The translations under genes and the position numbers were made by a program. The notes under the pieces are model-generated. The model was not told where the DNA came from. It did not search any database and saw nothing but the letters and a program-made list of their open reading frames with translations. A DNA stretch of 64,000 nt from Monocercomonoides exilis PA203. Lineage: Eukaryota; Protista; Preaxostyla. The stretch is from assembly GCA_001643675.2 (NCBI GenBank), contig LSRY02000005.1, forward strand, positions 186,001 to 250,000. Reading direction: 5' to 3'. Position 1 is the first letter of the stretch. Each line of letters starts with the position of its first letter. Positions 34,551 through 47,529 of the stretch are shown piece by piece.

Positions 34551-36035
34551 TAATCTGCAATTTTCTCATCTTTTATAAAGTCATTTTTCTAAATATATTT
34601 TTCATGGACATATCAAAACAATAAATAGCAACATTTTGAATTTTTTATTTTCTGAAAATGTAAAATCTTAAACCAAGAAAAAAAGACGGAATTTGTGTTG
34701 AGATGGAGAGAGAGAGAGTGAAAATTGAAACATTAAAAAAAAAAATTGCTTCAAGTTCAAGAGAGAAAATGTGAAAATTAAAAGAATTAGTGCACAACAA
34801 AAAATGAATCAATTATCGCAATGGTCACGATATATATCCATAATCTTTCGAAAAAGAAGAATAGATGAATTGCACAATTTTTGTGTAATTGTGAAATTTT
34901 CGAAAAATTTTGAAATTCGTATATGTTATTTTGAAATTATCAAGCAATTTTGAAATTTCTCAGAAAAATTGAAAATAAGGCAGTTATTTTAAGTTTCACC
35001 AACAAATTTCAAGTTAAATAAAAATTGTGGGAAGATCTTCATTTTTCGCATTAAAATTGTGATGTTCAAAAATTATTGGAAATTTGTTAAAAATATTATT
35101 AATTATGTTTTGAACAATTTTCATCATGTTCACCATTCAATAATGTGAAGCAAATCGTTTATTGAAGTTTTATTCCAACCATGAAAATAAAAATAATTAA
35201 ATATTATATCACAAGTTTATTGTGATTATCTAAATATTTTTGTGACAACAAATGATTGTCAATGTTCAAAACATCAAAAATTTCAATGGAGAAAATAATT
35301 TGTAAATGTTTTGTGATTTTCATTGACTGTGAAACTATGAACGCAATCATTGAAAACAATCATTAATAAATCGAATCAGTACCTCCAATGAAACAAATGA
35401 CATTCTATGCCTTTTAATGATTAAAAAATTGACAAAAACCGATGATTAAAAGGAATAAATCTGCATTGTTGTCCGATTCATAAAGTTGGTTTCCATTAAA
35501 CCACAACAAATTTGAGCCGAAAATGAACAGATCATATCCATAGAAATGATTTTCCACTGGATAAAAAAGAAAAGAATCAAATATTCACAAACGATTTACT
35601 GATTTTTTGTTTCTTTTTGAATAAATGACTTTCTTCTACTGTTATATCTCTTCACGCGGCAATCAAATCTCTGTGTGTGGATCGTATGGTCGTTTGAATA
35701 ATCTGAGTTGAATGTGAAAATTTGTTCAAAGTCTTATTAAACAAAATGTTGATTAAAAAGGAAATACAACTAATTTTTGAACCGTTCTATCAGTAATTTG
35801 ACGCAAGATACATGATTTGGAGCTTTTCACAGACTAGAAATAAAATAAAACAATACATCGTTTTGTTTAACATTTTTTTCCATGGAGAACGGAAACACAA
35901 ACCATTTATCTTCAGATTTTATTCACATCAACTTTATCCATCACGTCTCGAATCCTCCAAAAAACAACAAGATTTAATTTGAAATTTCATATTTTGCAAC
36001 ATGAAAAGGTTCTGAAACGACTTTCACATTTTTAA

Positions 36036-37214
36036 GTGGATGCTGAACACAGATTAACCTTGCCATTCCGAAGGCAAAGAAGGGATGATGAGAAAGTGAC
36101 TTGTGTGTTTGATCAGTGCATTCCGTTGTTCCCATGCGTACTGATGAAACTGTGGGGATATGTTGTAGCACTTTCGGAGACAATTTCAGTTTCGCTGGTG
36201 AATCTGCATCATCAACTTGCAACGTTGGTGTGAAAGTTGTTTAGGAGAAAGTGGATCTTAGTATCGAACTGCGTGAACGCGTTCCATTTGATCTGCATTC
36301 TGTTTAATCCTTTTAAGTTACAACCTTCCACAGCTCAACTGGTGTTCCGATCTGCCCAGTCGAGGAGTGTGACTGTGAAGACAGATGATGAAGTGATAAG
36401 ATGAGGAGTTGTCGAGAATGAAGTGTGGAAGATTGAGGAGATAGTGGTGAAACTGGCAAGGAAGATTCTGGAGCTGAGGTAGAAACACAATACAAAGGTG
36501 AAGGAGCTGATGGAGCAGCTGGTGGAGATGAAGAAGAACATAGAGCTCAGCTAGGAGGAGTGGTGAGTGTGGTTAGCAAACAGATACTAATGGTTTGGCG
36601 ATGCATGCTGCCATGCTTTTTTCACTGGCCTCTGCATAGTGCGGGATGGTTTTATTTTTGGCTTTGTTGATTCTGCAGTTGGGGCTGCGTGAAAAGTGCC
36701 AGGAGACGGTTGCAGTTATTATTAAAAATGGAAGTGTTGTGGTCCTGTCGGTATACACAAGCGGAAAAGGAGTTGTTGTGAAGTTGGGCGTTATGTGAGT
36801 TTCGATGGAGAAGTTAACTGATGAGGAGGAGAAGATGAAAGGATGGGATCAAAATCTTGGATCAGCGAAAGATCGGAGAAGAACGACGCTGTGACCAATG
36901 GTGGAAGCATTGATGATAATGGTGGTTGTTGTGAAGGAGGAGTGAATGCAACGTTGCGGTAGAAGATAAACAAAATCTTGAAGGAAACGAAGATGCTGAT
37001 GGAGCTATCGAAAGTGTATGAGAAGATGATAATAGAGCAGAAGGCGCTGTTCAATGAGGTGATTGAGACGCAGCAGACGGCGCTTGCGCGAAAGAAACAG
37101 GAGCAGAAGAAAATGAAGGCATCATATGAAGAGAATGTTGAACGGCAGGTTGGGCAGGTAAAGGAGCAAAATGAGCTGGTGTTGCGGGGAAACTTTGACA
37201 TGGAAAGTGATTGA
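36036..37214 (+). pseudogene. Decayed coding-like sequence ending in a coiled-coil fragment
   Basis: Purine-rich short ORFs (36036, 36978) interrupted by stops; no identifiable domain. Confidence 0.25.
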
Positions 37215-38219
37215 GGGGCAGAGAAGAAAGGGGCGAGAGAGTGTTACAGAACGAATAGGAGATGGATGAACAGAAGAGGAGGCGAAGAAAACGAAGAAGA
37301 AGAAGGAGAAGGAGGAGGAGAAGAGAAAGAAAAAGATGTTGATGATGAAGTCCAATTATTTTCTTCCTCTATTTCATTCAAAGCAACCAGCGGAACTGTT
37401 TCTGCTCCATTTCTCAGCAAATAATCCGCAGAAAGATTGTTCTAACGAAAAGAAGAAGAAGAAGAATTTGAAGAATTATTATTATTTTTATTATTTTAAT
37501 TGTCATTATTATTACAATGATCATTGTTATTATTCAAATCATCCTTATTCTGCTGAGCCAGCACATTCATGCCAAAAGAAACCTTTTTATTCAGCTGAAT
37601 CGGATGGCAGTCTCTGAACAGGGAAAGAAGGCCACACAAAAAAGACCAGGCGAGAAGAGAAAGAGATTGAGCAAGATAGAAACTGAGAGGGCGAGGAAGG
37701 AGTGAGCCTATGAAAAGAGGAGAAGAGAAGGAAGAAGTGTTTTGTGGCTTTTCAGATAAAAATGATGTTTCAGTTGTTGTTTGAGGAGTTATTTGACTTG
37801 AAAAATCTCCATTTTCATTGAAAACTTCGTAACTTAGCTGATTTTCATACAATTTGTCCTTCTTCATGTATTCATACGCCAACTCTAACAGATTCTCTGT
37901 CAAAATCTTGTTAGACAAATAGCCTGCTCTTGTATTCTCCAAAGATCTGTTGTTTGAAGAAGAAGAAGATGATGATGAAGAAGATGAAGAAGATGAAGAA
38001 GAAGAAGATAATGATGATGATGATGATGATGACGATGATGAAGCAGAATCGCAAGAATCATAAGAAGAAAAGGAAGAAGAAAAAGAATAAAAAATGAGGA
38101 GGAAGAAGAAGAAAAGGAAGATGATGACGACGAAAAATATTTGAAAATTGTTTTTCAACCAGATAGACTGAAATTTGATTAAACATTCAGTTTTCCCCAA
38201 AAGAGATCAGGAGAAGAGA

Positions 38220-39690
38220 TGGTATCATCAGTAATGGAATAGAAATGGAAGAAAAGACAAATGCTAAAGAAAGCAGGCCCAGATGATGTGTAATTATAAA
38301 AATGGTCGTTATCCGAAGTAATTCAATCTGCAACAAATCGCACATTGTTGGCGTTTAACTGGAGAACATGAGCAGATGATAACGGAGCTGTAGCTAATGG
38401 AACTTTCATGGAGGGTTCGCAGAAAACTGTAGACTTAGTGAGAAAAGAGTTGTGCAGCCTCCTGTTCAAAAATCATAAGTTCCATTCTTCTCAAATATTC
38501 TTGAGTCATAAATATTCACTTCTTCTGAGCCATGCACAAAAGCAAGTTCCTGTTAAGACTAAAATAAGAGAAACATTAGCTGCTTCAATTTTTGTTTGGA
38601 CGTTTGCGCTCACATTTCTTTGTCCATATTTCACATAAGTGTTGTCATCGAAGTCTTCACTTCTTTTTTCTGTTATTGTTCCTGTAAATTTCTGAACTTC
38701 ATTTGCATAACGTGGAAAAAGTTGATTTATACAATGGCTGATAGAATTACACGGATAGCTTTCATTGATCCCACATGAAAAAGCACTATTGGAATTTGGT
38801 TGAGCAGCAGTTGAAAAAACAAATCTGGTTCTTCCTTCAGCATCATTATGCCATTCACTTTTGTCAATGATTGAACCCGAGTTTGCGCAACTCTGTTTGG
38901 TGTTTGTCTGTTTGAATAACTTCTTACGCGAATGTTGTTAAACGAAAAGTTTTGAAGAAGAATTTCATGTCCACCTTTCACACATGTGTTACAGCGGAAA
39001 AAACAGTAGAAATATAAAATTTCTTTATTCACTGCATTGATTTGTGAGCCAACAGCACCTCCTGCTGTTATCGAAAAGCAGTTGCAAAATAGGCAGTCAT
39101 TCATTAAGACTTTGTCCATTGAAAGCCAATGCTCAATAGCACTACCTCCAGAACCTGAAGAGTTAAGCGCACTGCATTTGAAAAATAAACTGATTAATCA
39201 CACATATCTTCTGCCTATCGGTTCTCTTTGCACGCAGATCAATTACCACTCCGTCGTTGCCGAAAGAGTAATTTTGAAAGGAACAATCATCGGCCATTGA
39301 CGTGAATTGACATTTTCAAACTGGATTCCTTTGCCACCACAACCATCTGAACTTGCTTTTTCTGTAGAACATTGGACGAACGTTGAATGGAGCACAATGC
39401 ATTCGAAGATTTTTAAAGCATATATCCCTCCGCCTCTTATGGATGAAGCCTTGCTTCTTGTAAAAGATGAAGTTACAATTGTCAAAACTGCATTTGCATT
39501 ATCATGAACATAGAGTGCACCTCCTTGTTGCGATGTGCAACAAATCCATTTGCACAATGAAAAGGACTAACTTTCTGTTGAATCCATTTTGTTTTTCCTT
39601 GAATTTGAATATTATTCAATTCTATTTAACATTGATGAGAAGAATTTTTCATTTGAATTGCATTAACCAAGATAAACAGCGAAAATGAAT
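38220..39690 (-). pseudogene. Pseudogene of the beta-helix surface-protein family
   Basis: QQGGALYVHDNANAVLTIVTSSFTRSKASSIRGGGIY and FCNCFSITAGGAV motifs in different frames, with stops. Confidence 0.7.
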
Positions 39691-40310
39691 GAATAAGTTT
39701 TTTCAAATCTGAATAATTTTTCAACGTAAAAACTTGTGAAACACATTGTCCCTCATATATCTTGTTCAGAAACATTTATGATAAAAGGCAACAAGTCTTA
39801 TGTCACCAGAAAACAAATATTCTAATTGATCAAACAATAACATTAAAAATTAATATCTAGAACAGGGTTTTTTGGATGTTGAAGTTTATCATAGATAATC
39901 TTTCTCGTTTGTGAAATTTTGAATATTGATGATAAATAATTTTAACAGAGAGTTTCATAACATTCACCAATCTGTAAATATTTTGATCCTTGGAGACTTT
40001 TTAAAAAATTTGACACTTATCATTCATCTGTCAAAAAAAAAGCAACGAAAACATTCAAACGATAATAACAATTACTTTGAAAAGAACAAAATTGTATTCC
40101 AAAGCTTGTTTCGAAAAATCATTCATTATTTCATAATAATTTTGTTTAAAAATTTTTTCTTTAATAAATAATAATTAAAAACAACAGAAAATTTTTCGAA
40201 AATTTGATTTGAATTACTTCATGTATATGCATAATATATTTTTTCACATAAAAATTTTGTCCTCCTGAGTTATTGCAAAATTCCCCAAAAATTTCAAATT
40301 TTTCATAGAC

Positions 40311-40404
40311 AATTTCAAAATTATTGGGTTATTTCAAAATAACCCAATAATTTTGAAATTTTTTTTTATTTCACAATTCATCTAATTATTAGATGAATTG
40401 TGAA
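40311..40404. repeat. Two adjacent perfect palindromes (24-bp and 17-bp arms)
   Basis: 40311-40334/40337-40360 and 40370-40386/40388-40404 are exact reverse complements. Confidence 0.9.
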
Positions 40405-40616
40405 TAGATTTTTTTCATTTGAATAGATTCAACTTATTTGAATGAACTGGGTTTTTCTTAAATGAGGTCATGTTATTTTAAATGGTTGAAGTGACACTTG
40501 AATAAAGAACGATACACTTAAATAAAGTTTTTGTGAAAAAGTTGTGAACACTTATAATAATATTTTCACGTAGACCTGTGCGACACGACAAGCGAATTTT
40601 TGTTGCTGTCAGTCAC

Positions 40617-40620
<4 letters not shown>

Positions 40621-40663
<43 letters not shown>
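40621..40663. repeat. Poly(A) tract (~43 nt) just inside the element A left end
   Basis: Direct read. Confidence 0.9.
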
Positions 40664-40665
<2 letters not shown>

Positions 40666-41085
40666 CATTTTTTATGTCACAAAATTACTTTTGTCGCATT
40701 GAAACAATTCAATTTTATTTTATTTTAAATATTTCTTTTTTTTATATCATTTGATCGTTCAATCCATTATAACATAAACAGATTCATAAAACATTATTTT
40801 GCAACTAATGAGTTGTGAATCATATTTATCTTTTAATAAGAAGTGCTAACACAAATGTTCTCATGAGCAATTTTTGATTCGATAAACCTTTAATTCATTA
40901 AATCCAAACACGTTCAAATACAATATATATGAAGAAATTATAACGTTTCCTGAAGGAAATAAATGATGAAAATGCGAAAGATATTACCAAATGTTAATCC
41001 AATTGTTTGCATTCATTGTTACTATTTAATTCATGGAAATTGTATTTCTTTCTTTGTTTTTTATTCCGTATTGAATGTTGAGCTT

Positions 41086-42413
41086 GAGCATTGCACTGAG
41101 GATGAATAGAAGCAGAAGATCGAAGAAATGAATGAAATGATTGATGGAATGGGAAAAGAAGAAACAAATTTGGAGTTCACAAAAGAAATGTTCAACAAAA
41201 TGGATAAAATGAATGAAGAAAAGGAAATGTGTTTGGTAAATGCGTTTGTGTTGCTGAAGCACATGAGATATTGCATTTTCATGAAAAATATGCGGATTTT
41301 GTGGCTTGAGAAAGTCTTCGTTGAAAAAAAGAAAAAAAAAAGAAGATCAGAATTGAAGGAAAGAATGGAAAGGACGGGAAAAATGAAAAGCTTCTGGTTG
41401 ATATCAGCGAATGCTGTGTTTTTCTGAATGAATGAATTTCGTTGGAATCGATTTCCGTCTGTGAGCGCTATCTGCTGAAGGTTGGATTGAAGAAAGAGGA
41501 AAAGGAGGAGATTAAAAATGAAGTGGAAATGGCATTGCAGGGATTGAACAACATAGGATGTCGCGTATGAGCACTTCTTTTTCATTTTTGACATATTAAT
41601 TTTTTTTATTTATTCATTAATCGTTTTTTTTTATAAATTTAATTCTGATGAGGAAATCAAAAAAGAGCTGTATTTGAATAAGATAACAGAAATCATCAAA
41701 TATCATTAGGAGCATCGCAATCTGACGCAACTTGCTTATCAATCAGCTTAGCGGTTTTTGATTTGCAGATTCTTCCATGATGAAAGTTTGGAAGATATGA
41801 TTGTGAATGAGCTGCATTGTGCTAGAGAAGCAAGAAGAGAATTGGTAGAGCTGACAAGATATGTTGATTGGAAGAGAAAAGAAGAAGAAAGAAAGAAAGA
41901 AACGAAGGAAGAGCTAATTTTGTCAAGATGGATTGAAACATTGGGGATTTTCTTTCGCATTTTCCGATTATGGAATGAATAATTTATTATGTCTTTAAGC
42001 AGTGTTGAAAGAGTGCATAGAGAATCAAGAATCAAACACAGAGAAATCAACGAGCAGCGCATTTATATAATTGAAGCAGCAGGCAACAAAGATGTGACAA
42101 TTGATGGCTTGTTGAAAGATGGAGCTATTGATCTCGTTTTATAGGAACTTCAGCAATTAACAATGGAAAGAAGAACGGCATGCCAAAGTTTGATATTATG
42201 CTTGTCAATTTCAAAAAAAAAAAAAGTGAAGAAGAGAGACGAAATGGAAGAAGAGAAAAGAAAGAGCTGAAAAGGAAAGTGCTTGAAAAGATGGCAGAAG
42301 AAGGATGCGAAGATATCGTAGCTAGCATCCGAGGATTGATTCGATTTCATAACGAAGAAAATAATATTGATGATTTGTCATTCAAAATTTCTTTTTATTT
42401 TGTGAATGTTTGA
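41086..42413 (+). pseudogene. Decayed paralog of the 62032-63354 helical-protein family (cargo of element A)
   Basis: ELYLNKITEIIKYH*EHRNLTQLAYQSA*RFL aligns with EPYLSEIKEIILYHQEHRNLTRLAYQSAWSFL. Shared VEMAL..L.NIG motif before an intron-like tract and shared M.EEG.ED near the C-terminus. Frameshifts and stops. Confidence 0.8.
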
Positions 42414-43613
42414 CCAGATACATTTCATTTTATATTTTAACTCAAAAATTTCTTCCTTCTTGTTCATATCTCAAAATTGAAAACAAATGCTTGAGGGTTT
42501 GATAACGTTTTTTTTATTTATTATAATTTCTTTAAAAAATGAAGTGAGACCTAATCGCATTAATATAAAGAGAAAATTGCATTGAAGATTATTCCATACA
42601 ATTCTTTTCTTCTTCAGAAAACATCTACAAGAAATTTGTTGCTTCAACGTTTCGGTGGAAAAAAAAATGAATTCCATTCTTCATTTTTCTTTCATAACCT
42701 CCAGCTGCCTTTCGTCTTCTCCGATGAAAATTTCATTCATTTCTGCTGGTTTTTCTCAATTCTTTTCAATTGGAATTCTTTCTTTAAACATTTCCATTTA
42801 TTTTCATAGAATCTGTTTATTTTCGCATTACATAAGAATGGAGAATGCAAAGAAAGAATAATTACATCGAGTATGACAAACTATGTGTAGAAAATATCAA
42901 GCGAACATGAATAGTGTTGCATTCGTGAGAATTTTGAGTAGTTAAATGAATGTTCTGTTAAAATATCAATTTTTCAGCAATCGAAAAAACACAAAATCAG
43001 CATTCTCCTTGTAAATATTGATAGATCATTATTTCATTAATTTCTTAGAATGACACACATTTTAATGATTAAAATTCAGCACTTTCTGTTCAGCTTATCT
43101 AATAATCTCAGCCCACTTATTACATATGAGTGAATTTGTTCGATTTCTTTGTTCATGGTCTGTACACACTTTTATCTTCATCACTAATTCAAATGCTCCA
43201 TTAGGTCATTGGTATTGCTTTTTTCTTCCATATTAAAAAATAAGAATTTCATCCTTTATTTCGAAAAAGATCCGGAATAAACATTCAAAAACTTTGTTAG
43301 GTATGTTTTCATTATAAAATAAGAAATGAATTTTCAAATGATAAAATCACATCACATGAAGAAAATTGAAAAAAGAGTCAAACAAACAAAAATTAATGAA
43401 ATTATGAAATTAACAAACATATCCATTTTCAAACAATCGTTAAAAGAAAATGTCTTCCAATGTGCATTCTTCAGATATTTTTTTGGACACATGTTTGGTT
43501 CTTTCAACGAAAATAAAGGATTATCAAATATCAAATGAAAAGTTATGGTTGCAATTGATGGAAAAATGAAATCTCAAACATTTCACAAGCTCAGCAAGTT
43601 ATTTTGTTATTCT

Positions 43614-46600
43614 TAAACCTGTGTGACGTGATGAAATTTTTGTCTTCACGTCCGTCAGTGATGGTTGGTTACGTCAGTGGTGTTTTTTTTTTTTTTTTTA
43701 ATAGAAAAAAGATAACTTAATTATTAATAGTGAACATTTTTTATTTTTGAATAAAAATTTTATTTTAAATAATTTTAAAAGGTGCAATTTTTGATTTGAT
43801 AATCTTTTTCCCATAAATCGATTTCAATTTTAAATTAAGAATGAGTTGCTTTTAATCAGAGATCCAACGCCTCATTTGCACAATAATGTTCATAATGTGT
43901 CACTCCACTACTTTTCACATAACGATTGATGTATCTAGCACTTATACGGTTTAATATTATTTAAAACTCTCTGATTTTTCATTTTGATGTTTTTTCTTTT
44001 TTTAATCAAATTTTCATATCTCTGCCCACTATTCTCAAGTATTTCATTTCTTAATTGCTTATTTTAGACAATCACTGAATGCCTCTTATGTTTGAATGTT
44101 TGTTGAATTTTATCATAGAATATTTAAAAAGATTTCTCTTTTTCATCATTTCCTCCGCATCCTTTCCTGTACCCACGCTCTTTCATCGATTCAACCTTCA
44201 ATTTAGAACAAACAACTTCATTTTTCAGACATGCTCTTCATCAAATGCTGCTGTAGTGCATGTTAGAACCGAAACTCAAAGATAAACACCAGGATGATTG
44301 ATTTTATTCTATTTAAACAGCCATCCCTTCGAATGGTGTGAATGGAATGATTCAAATGGAGGATCAAGTTGTGGTGGAGCACTTCGTGTTGAATGCGCAA
44401 ATGCAAATCTCTCAATCATTTCGTATTTATTCGACAATTGTTACTGTACAGGAAATGGTGAAGGAAGAGCAATATTCTGTCGATATTTATTACAAATCAG
44501 CATTACAAAATCTAATTTTTCGAATTGTCAGGCGAGACATGGAGGTGCTGTAGAAATATGGAATCCGCAATCAAATTCTGATTGGACATTCTCAGAAAAC
44601 AGAGTTGAAAGTTGTAAAATAATTGATTGGAATAGATCAGGTTGGTATTTCGATATATATCCTTTGCCATCAAACTGTCAATTACTGTTCACAAACTGCA
44701 AGTGCATCGCAAATTCTTGTGGTGATGCTGCTGGTTCTCTAACATTTCAGAATCCTCCAGGCAACAAACTAAGTCAGTTTTTGATAAATGATTGTCAGCT
44801 CTTAAACAATAAATTGACATCAACTTCATCTACACGCGGTGGAGCTGCCATCTCTTTGGATGCATCCTTCACTTGGATGAATGAAATTAGATTCATCACC
44901 TTCTGCTTCTTCGATAGCAATTCCGCAACCAATGGCACAGGGAATGATGTGTTCTTCAGTGGCAATGCAATCACCAAATCTCCTTTGCAGCAATGCGGTT
45001 CAACAACAGAATCAAAAAGAGTGTGGAATGCAGGAACAGCTGACAATGCAGTGTACAACAGTTGGCTTCCTCTTATCCCTTCGATTAAAATAGTTGGCAA
45101 CAGTGGAACAGATGCTTGCGGCTGTGGCAGAACACAGCAAATGCCATGCGCCACAATTGAGTTTGCCCTCAGCGGCTTCATCTCCCTCCAAGACGCCTCT
45201 TCACCCTCCTCACCTCAACATTTGTTCCCATTCAAACACTCACTTTCAGCGCGGTTGATACAAAAAATCACAGGAAATGGCACAACTGCCACCACCATTG
45301 CCTCCAGTGGCATTCCTCAACCACCAAACTCACATTCACAATCATCAACATCAACATCTTCTTCACCAGATCCATCTGCCTCGTCTGCCCTCTTCCAACA
45401 AACACAAGGTACCCTCACAGTCTCTGCCCTCGCCATCTCCCACAACTCCTCAAATCCCATCACCCCCATCCTCTTCCACCTCTCCAAAAACTCCCCTTCC
45501 CTCAACCTCAACACAACCACCATCACCGGAACAACCCCATCTTCATCATCAATCACAACCCCCCTCTTCTTCCTCACTGCTGGCTCCCTCGCCCTCAACC
45601 ACACAGCAATCACCAGTCTCACCCTCAACAGTCAAAGCATCTTCCACCTCACCTCCCTCACAAATCCTCTCACCCTCAACTCCTCCAACATCACCGGCAT
45701 CACCTCCACTGCCACTCCAGCCAGCTGTGTCCTCTCCTCTGCCACCTCCCCTGCCCTCTCCCTCTCCCTCGCCAACTGCACCATTACCAACATCAACTCA
45801 GCTCCACAAAACCAACAGACTGCCACCAATGGCGGGTGCATCTCATTCGCCTCATCTGCCTTTGCTAACACATTTTCTGTGGGCAACACCAAATTCACTG
45901 AATGTGATATGAGCAAAGAAGAATCGAAGAATTAGAAAGAGAGAAAAGCGAATACTCAGAGATCGGAACATGTTGGTGGACATGAAAGGAAAACTCAAAC
46001 GAAACCTGTTTCAAGCGGATCAAAGAGAATGACATTCTGCGGGGATGATGCGAAAAAGAATGATAAAAAAGATAATAATAAAGAAACAAAAAAAATTTGA
46101 ATTAAGAGAAAAGATGTTAAAGAAGATGAATGAATAAACCAGATAACTGTTTCATTTCGCAAGCTTTCTATGATTTACAGGTTAACAAAAGCAACAAAAT
46201 ACAATACGGTGATTTTTTTTAAAATTTCGAGATGAATTATTAAGTATTTTTGATAAAGCAATAAAAATCAACGTGCTTCAAAAATATCTTCTGCATATTT
46301 CTCGGATTTGATGTGAGACATTGAAGAAAAAATATAAAAAATTTGAGAGCATTTGTTAACAATAAGTTATAATTATATTTAATATTGAATCCATTTTCAA
46401 AGCTATAAAGAAGTGTCAAACTTCTCAAAACATTTCATTCATTCGAACAAACTATTCAGCCCTCATCTTCTGTTGACAAAGAGAGAGAAAAAAGTTCTGC
46501 AAAGTTATAAAAGTCTTTTGTGCTTTTCACCATTCCATGCAATATCTTTATCAAAAATTTCTGATCATCTTTCAATTCTTCTAGTACTGTATGATTCTTC

Positions 46601-47529
46601 CATTTCGCAATCATTATTCTCGACACAATTTGTTTCATGTTTATGACATCCAAAAAACTTTTTTCTATCACTCGTTTTCGAAGAAAAATTCTTCATGCGT
46701 TTCTGAAAAAATTGCGTTCAATAAATCAAGTGATGAAGATAAGGAAGGCAGGCGCTTCAAGTCGATCGAAGAAATTGATAAATACTTTTCAACGTTGTCG
46801 GGAAAGAAAGATGAATGAAAAAAAACGAAAATAACATTTTATTGAAAAGGAATTTGTTGAAGCCGAGTCTTCAATATATTTGTGTGCGTAACAAAGAGAT
46901 GAAGATAAACCGTGAGTAGTTTGTTATCTGACTACTGGCTTTGGACATTTTAGTGAACTTTGTGAACTTGTTAATAAAAAAAATAGTTCTATAAAATTTA
47001 TCATTAAAAAAACAAACCATTTTCTGATACTGTTTCATTCTGGACAAATTGTTGATTTTTTTTTAGGTCAAGTTTTTTTTGTGTGTTCTCGCTGCACGTG
47101 TTCAATTTTGATTTGTTCCATAATTACTTGAGAAAAGCGTTAAAATTCTTCATCGCACGATTCTATTTCACCTTCATCATAGGAAAATGCAACTTTTTCA
47201 CCAATTAGTATTTATTTCAATTTTTTGTCCAACATCGAAATGCTGACTTGCCCTGACGGTCATGACCGTCACCGTCGATCTATAATTCCTTTTTTGCCTA
47301 TCTGTCAGTTTCCCATTGTAACTTTTTCATTGTTTAAAAGTGATAAAAAAAGTCTTTTGATTTTCTTGTATAAATAATAAATTTAAAAATGAAATTAAAT
47401 GAATTATTTGATTTTTTTGAGCTTTCACGAAAAATTAAAACTTTTATAAATAACTGACGTGAATATTTTTGTTGAGTCCGTCAGAATTGAAAATTTTCAT
47501 GTCAATGGTCATTACGTCACTCAGGTTTA
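43614..47529. mobile_element. Element B: non-autonomous hAT-like transposon nested in A, with gene cargo
   Basis: TIR TAAACCTGTGTGACGTGATGA / TCATTACGTCACTCAGGTTTA (19/21). 8-bp TSD GTTATTCT at 43606-43613 and 47530-47537. Subterminal CGTCAGT motifs. Confidence 0.88.
44298..45935 (+). CDS. Truncated beta-helix surface-protein fragment (cargo of element B); no TM or kinase part
   Basis: 545-aa ORF with CGGALRV, HGGAVEI, RGGAAI and GTDACGCGRTQQMPCATI motifs, homologous to the first ectodomain module of 18374-27351. Confidence 0.7.
   Translation: MILFYLNSHPFEWCEWNDSNGGSSCGGALRVECANANLSIISYLFDNCYCTGNGEGRAIFCRYLLQISITKSNFSNCQARHGGAVEIWNPQSNSDWTFSENRVESCKIIDWNRSGWYFDIYPLPSNCQLLFTNCKCIANSCGDAAGSLTFQNPPGNKLSQFLINDCQLLNNKLTSTSSTRGGAAISLDASFTWMNEIRFITFCFFDSNSATNGTGNDVFFSGNAITKSPLQQCGSTTESKRVWNAGTADNAVYNSWLPLIPSIKIVGNSGTDACGCGRTQQMPCATIEFALSGFISLQDASSPSSPQHLFPFKHSLSARLIQKITGNGTTATTIASSGIPQPPNSHSQSSTSTSSSPDPSASSALFQQTQGTLTVSALAISHNSSNPITPILFHLSKNSPSLNLNTTTITGTTPSSSSITTPLFFLTAGSLALNHTAITSLTLNSQSIFHLTSLTNPLTLNSSNITGITSTATPASCVLSSATSPALSLSLANCTITNINSAPQNQQTATNGGCISFASSAFANTFSVGNTKFTECDMSKEESKN

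Noticed and set aside
40562-40571. 10-bp TSD (Mutator-like) reading for element A
   Set aside because: Sister element B with the same terminal motif fits only an 8-bp TSD, so the extra matches are TIR bases.
40621-40663. Poly(A) as a retroposon tail
   Set aside because: It lies 50 bp inside a DNA-transposon TIR with no upstream retroelement body or separate TSD, and homopolymers are common in this window.
41700-41755. TAG at a Gln position suggesting UAG=Gln recoding
   Set aside because: A second TAG nearby replaces Trp and the copy has frameshifts. Intact genes use TAA, TGA and TAG as stops, so this is ordinary pseudogene decay.
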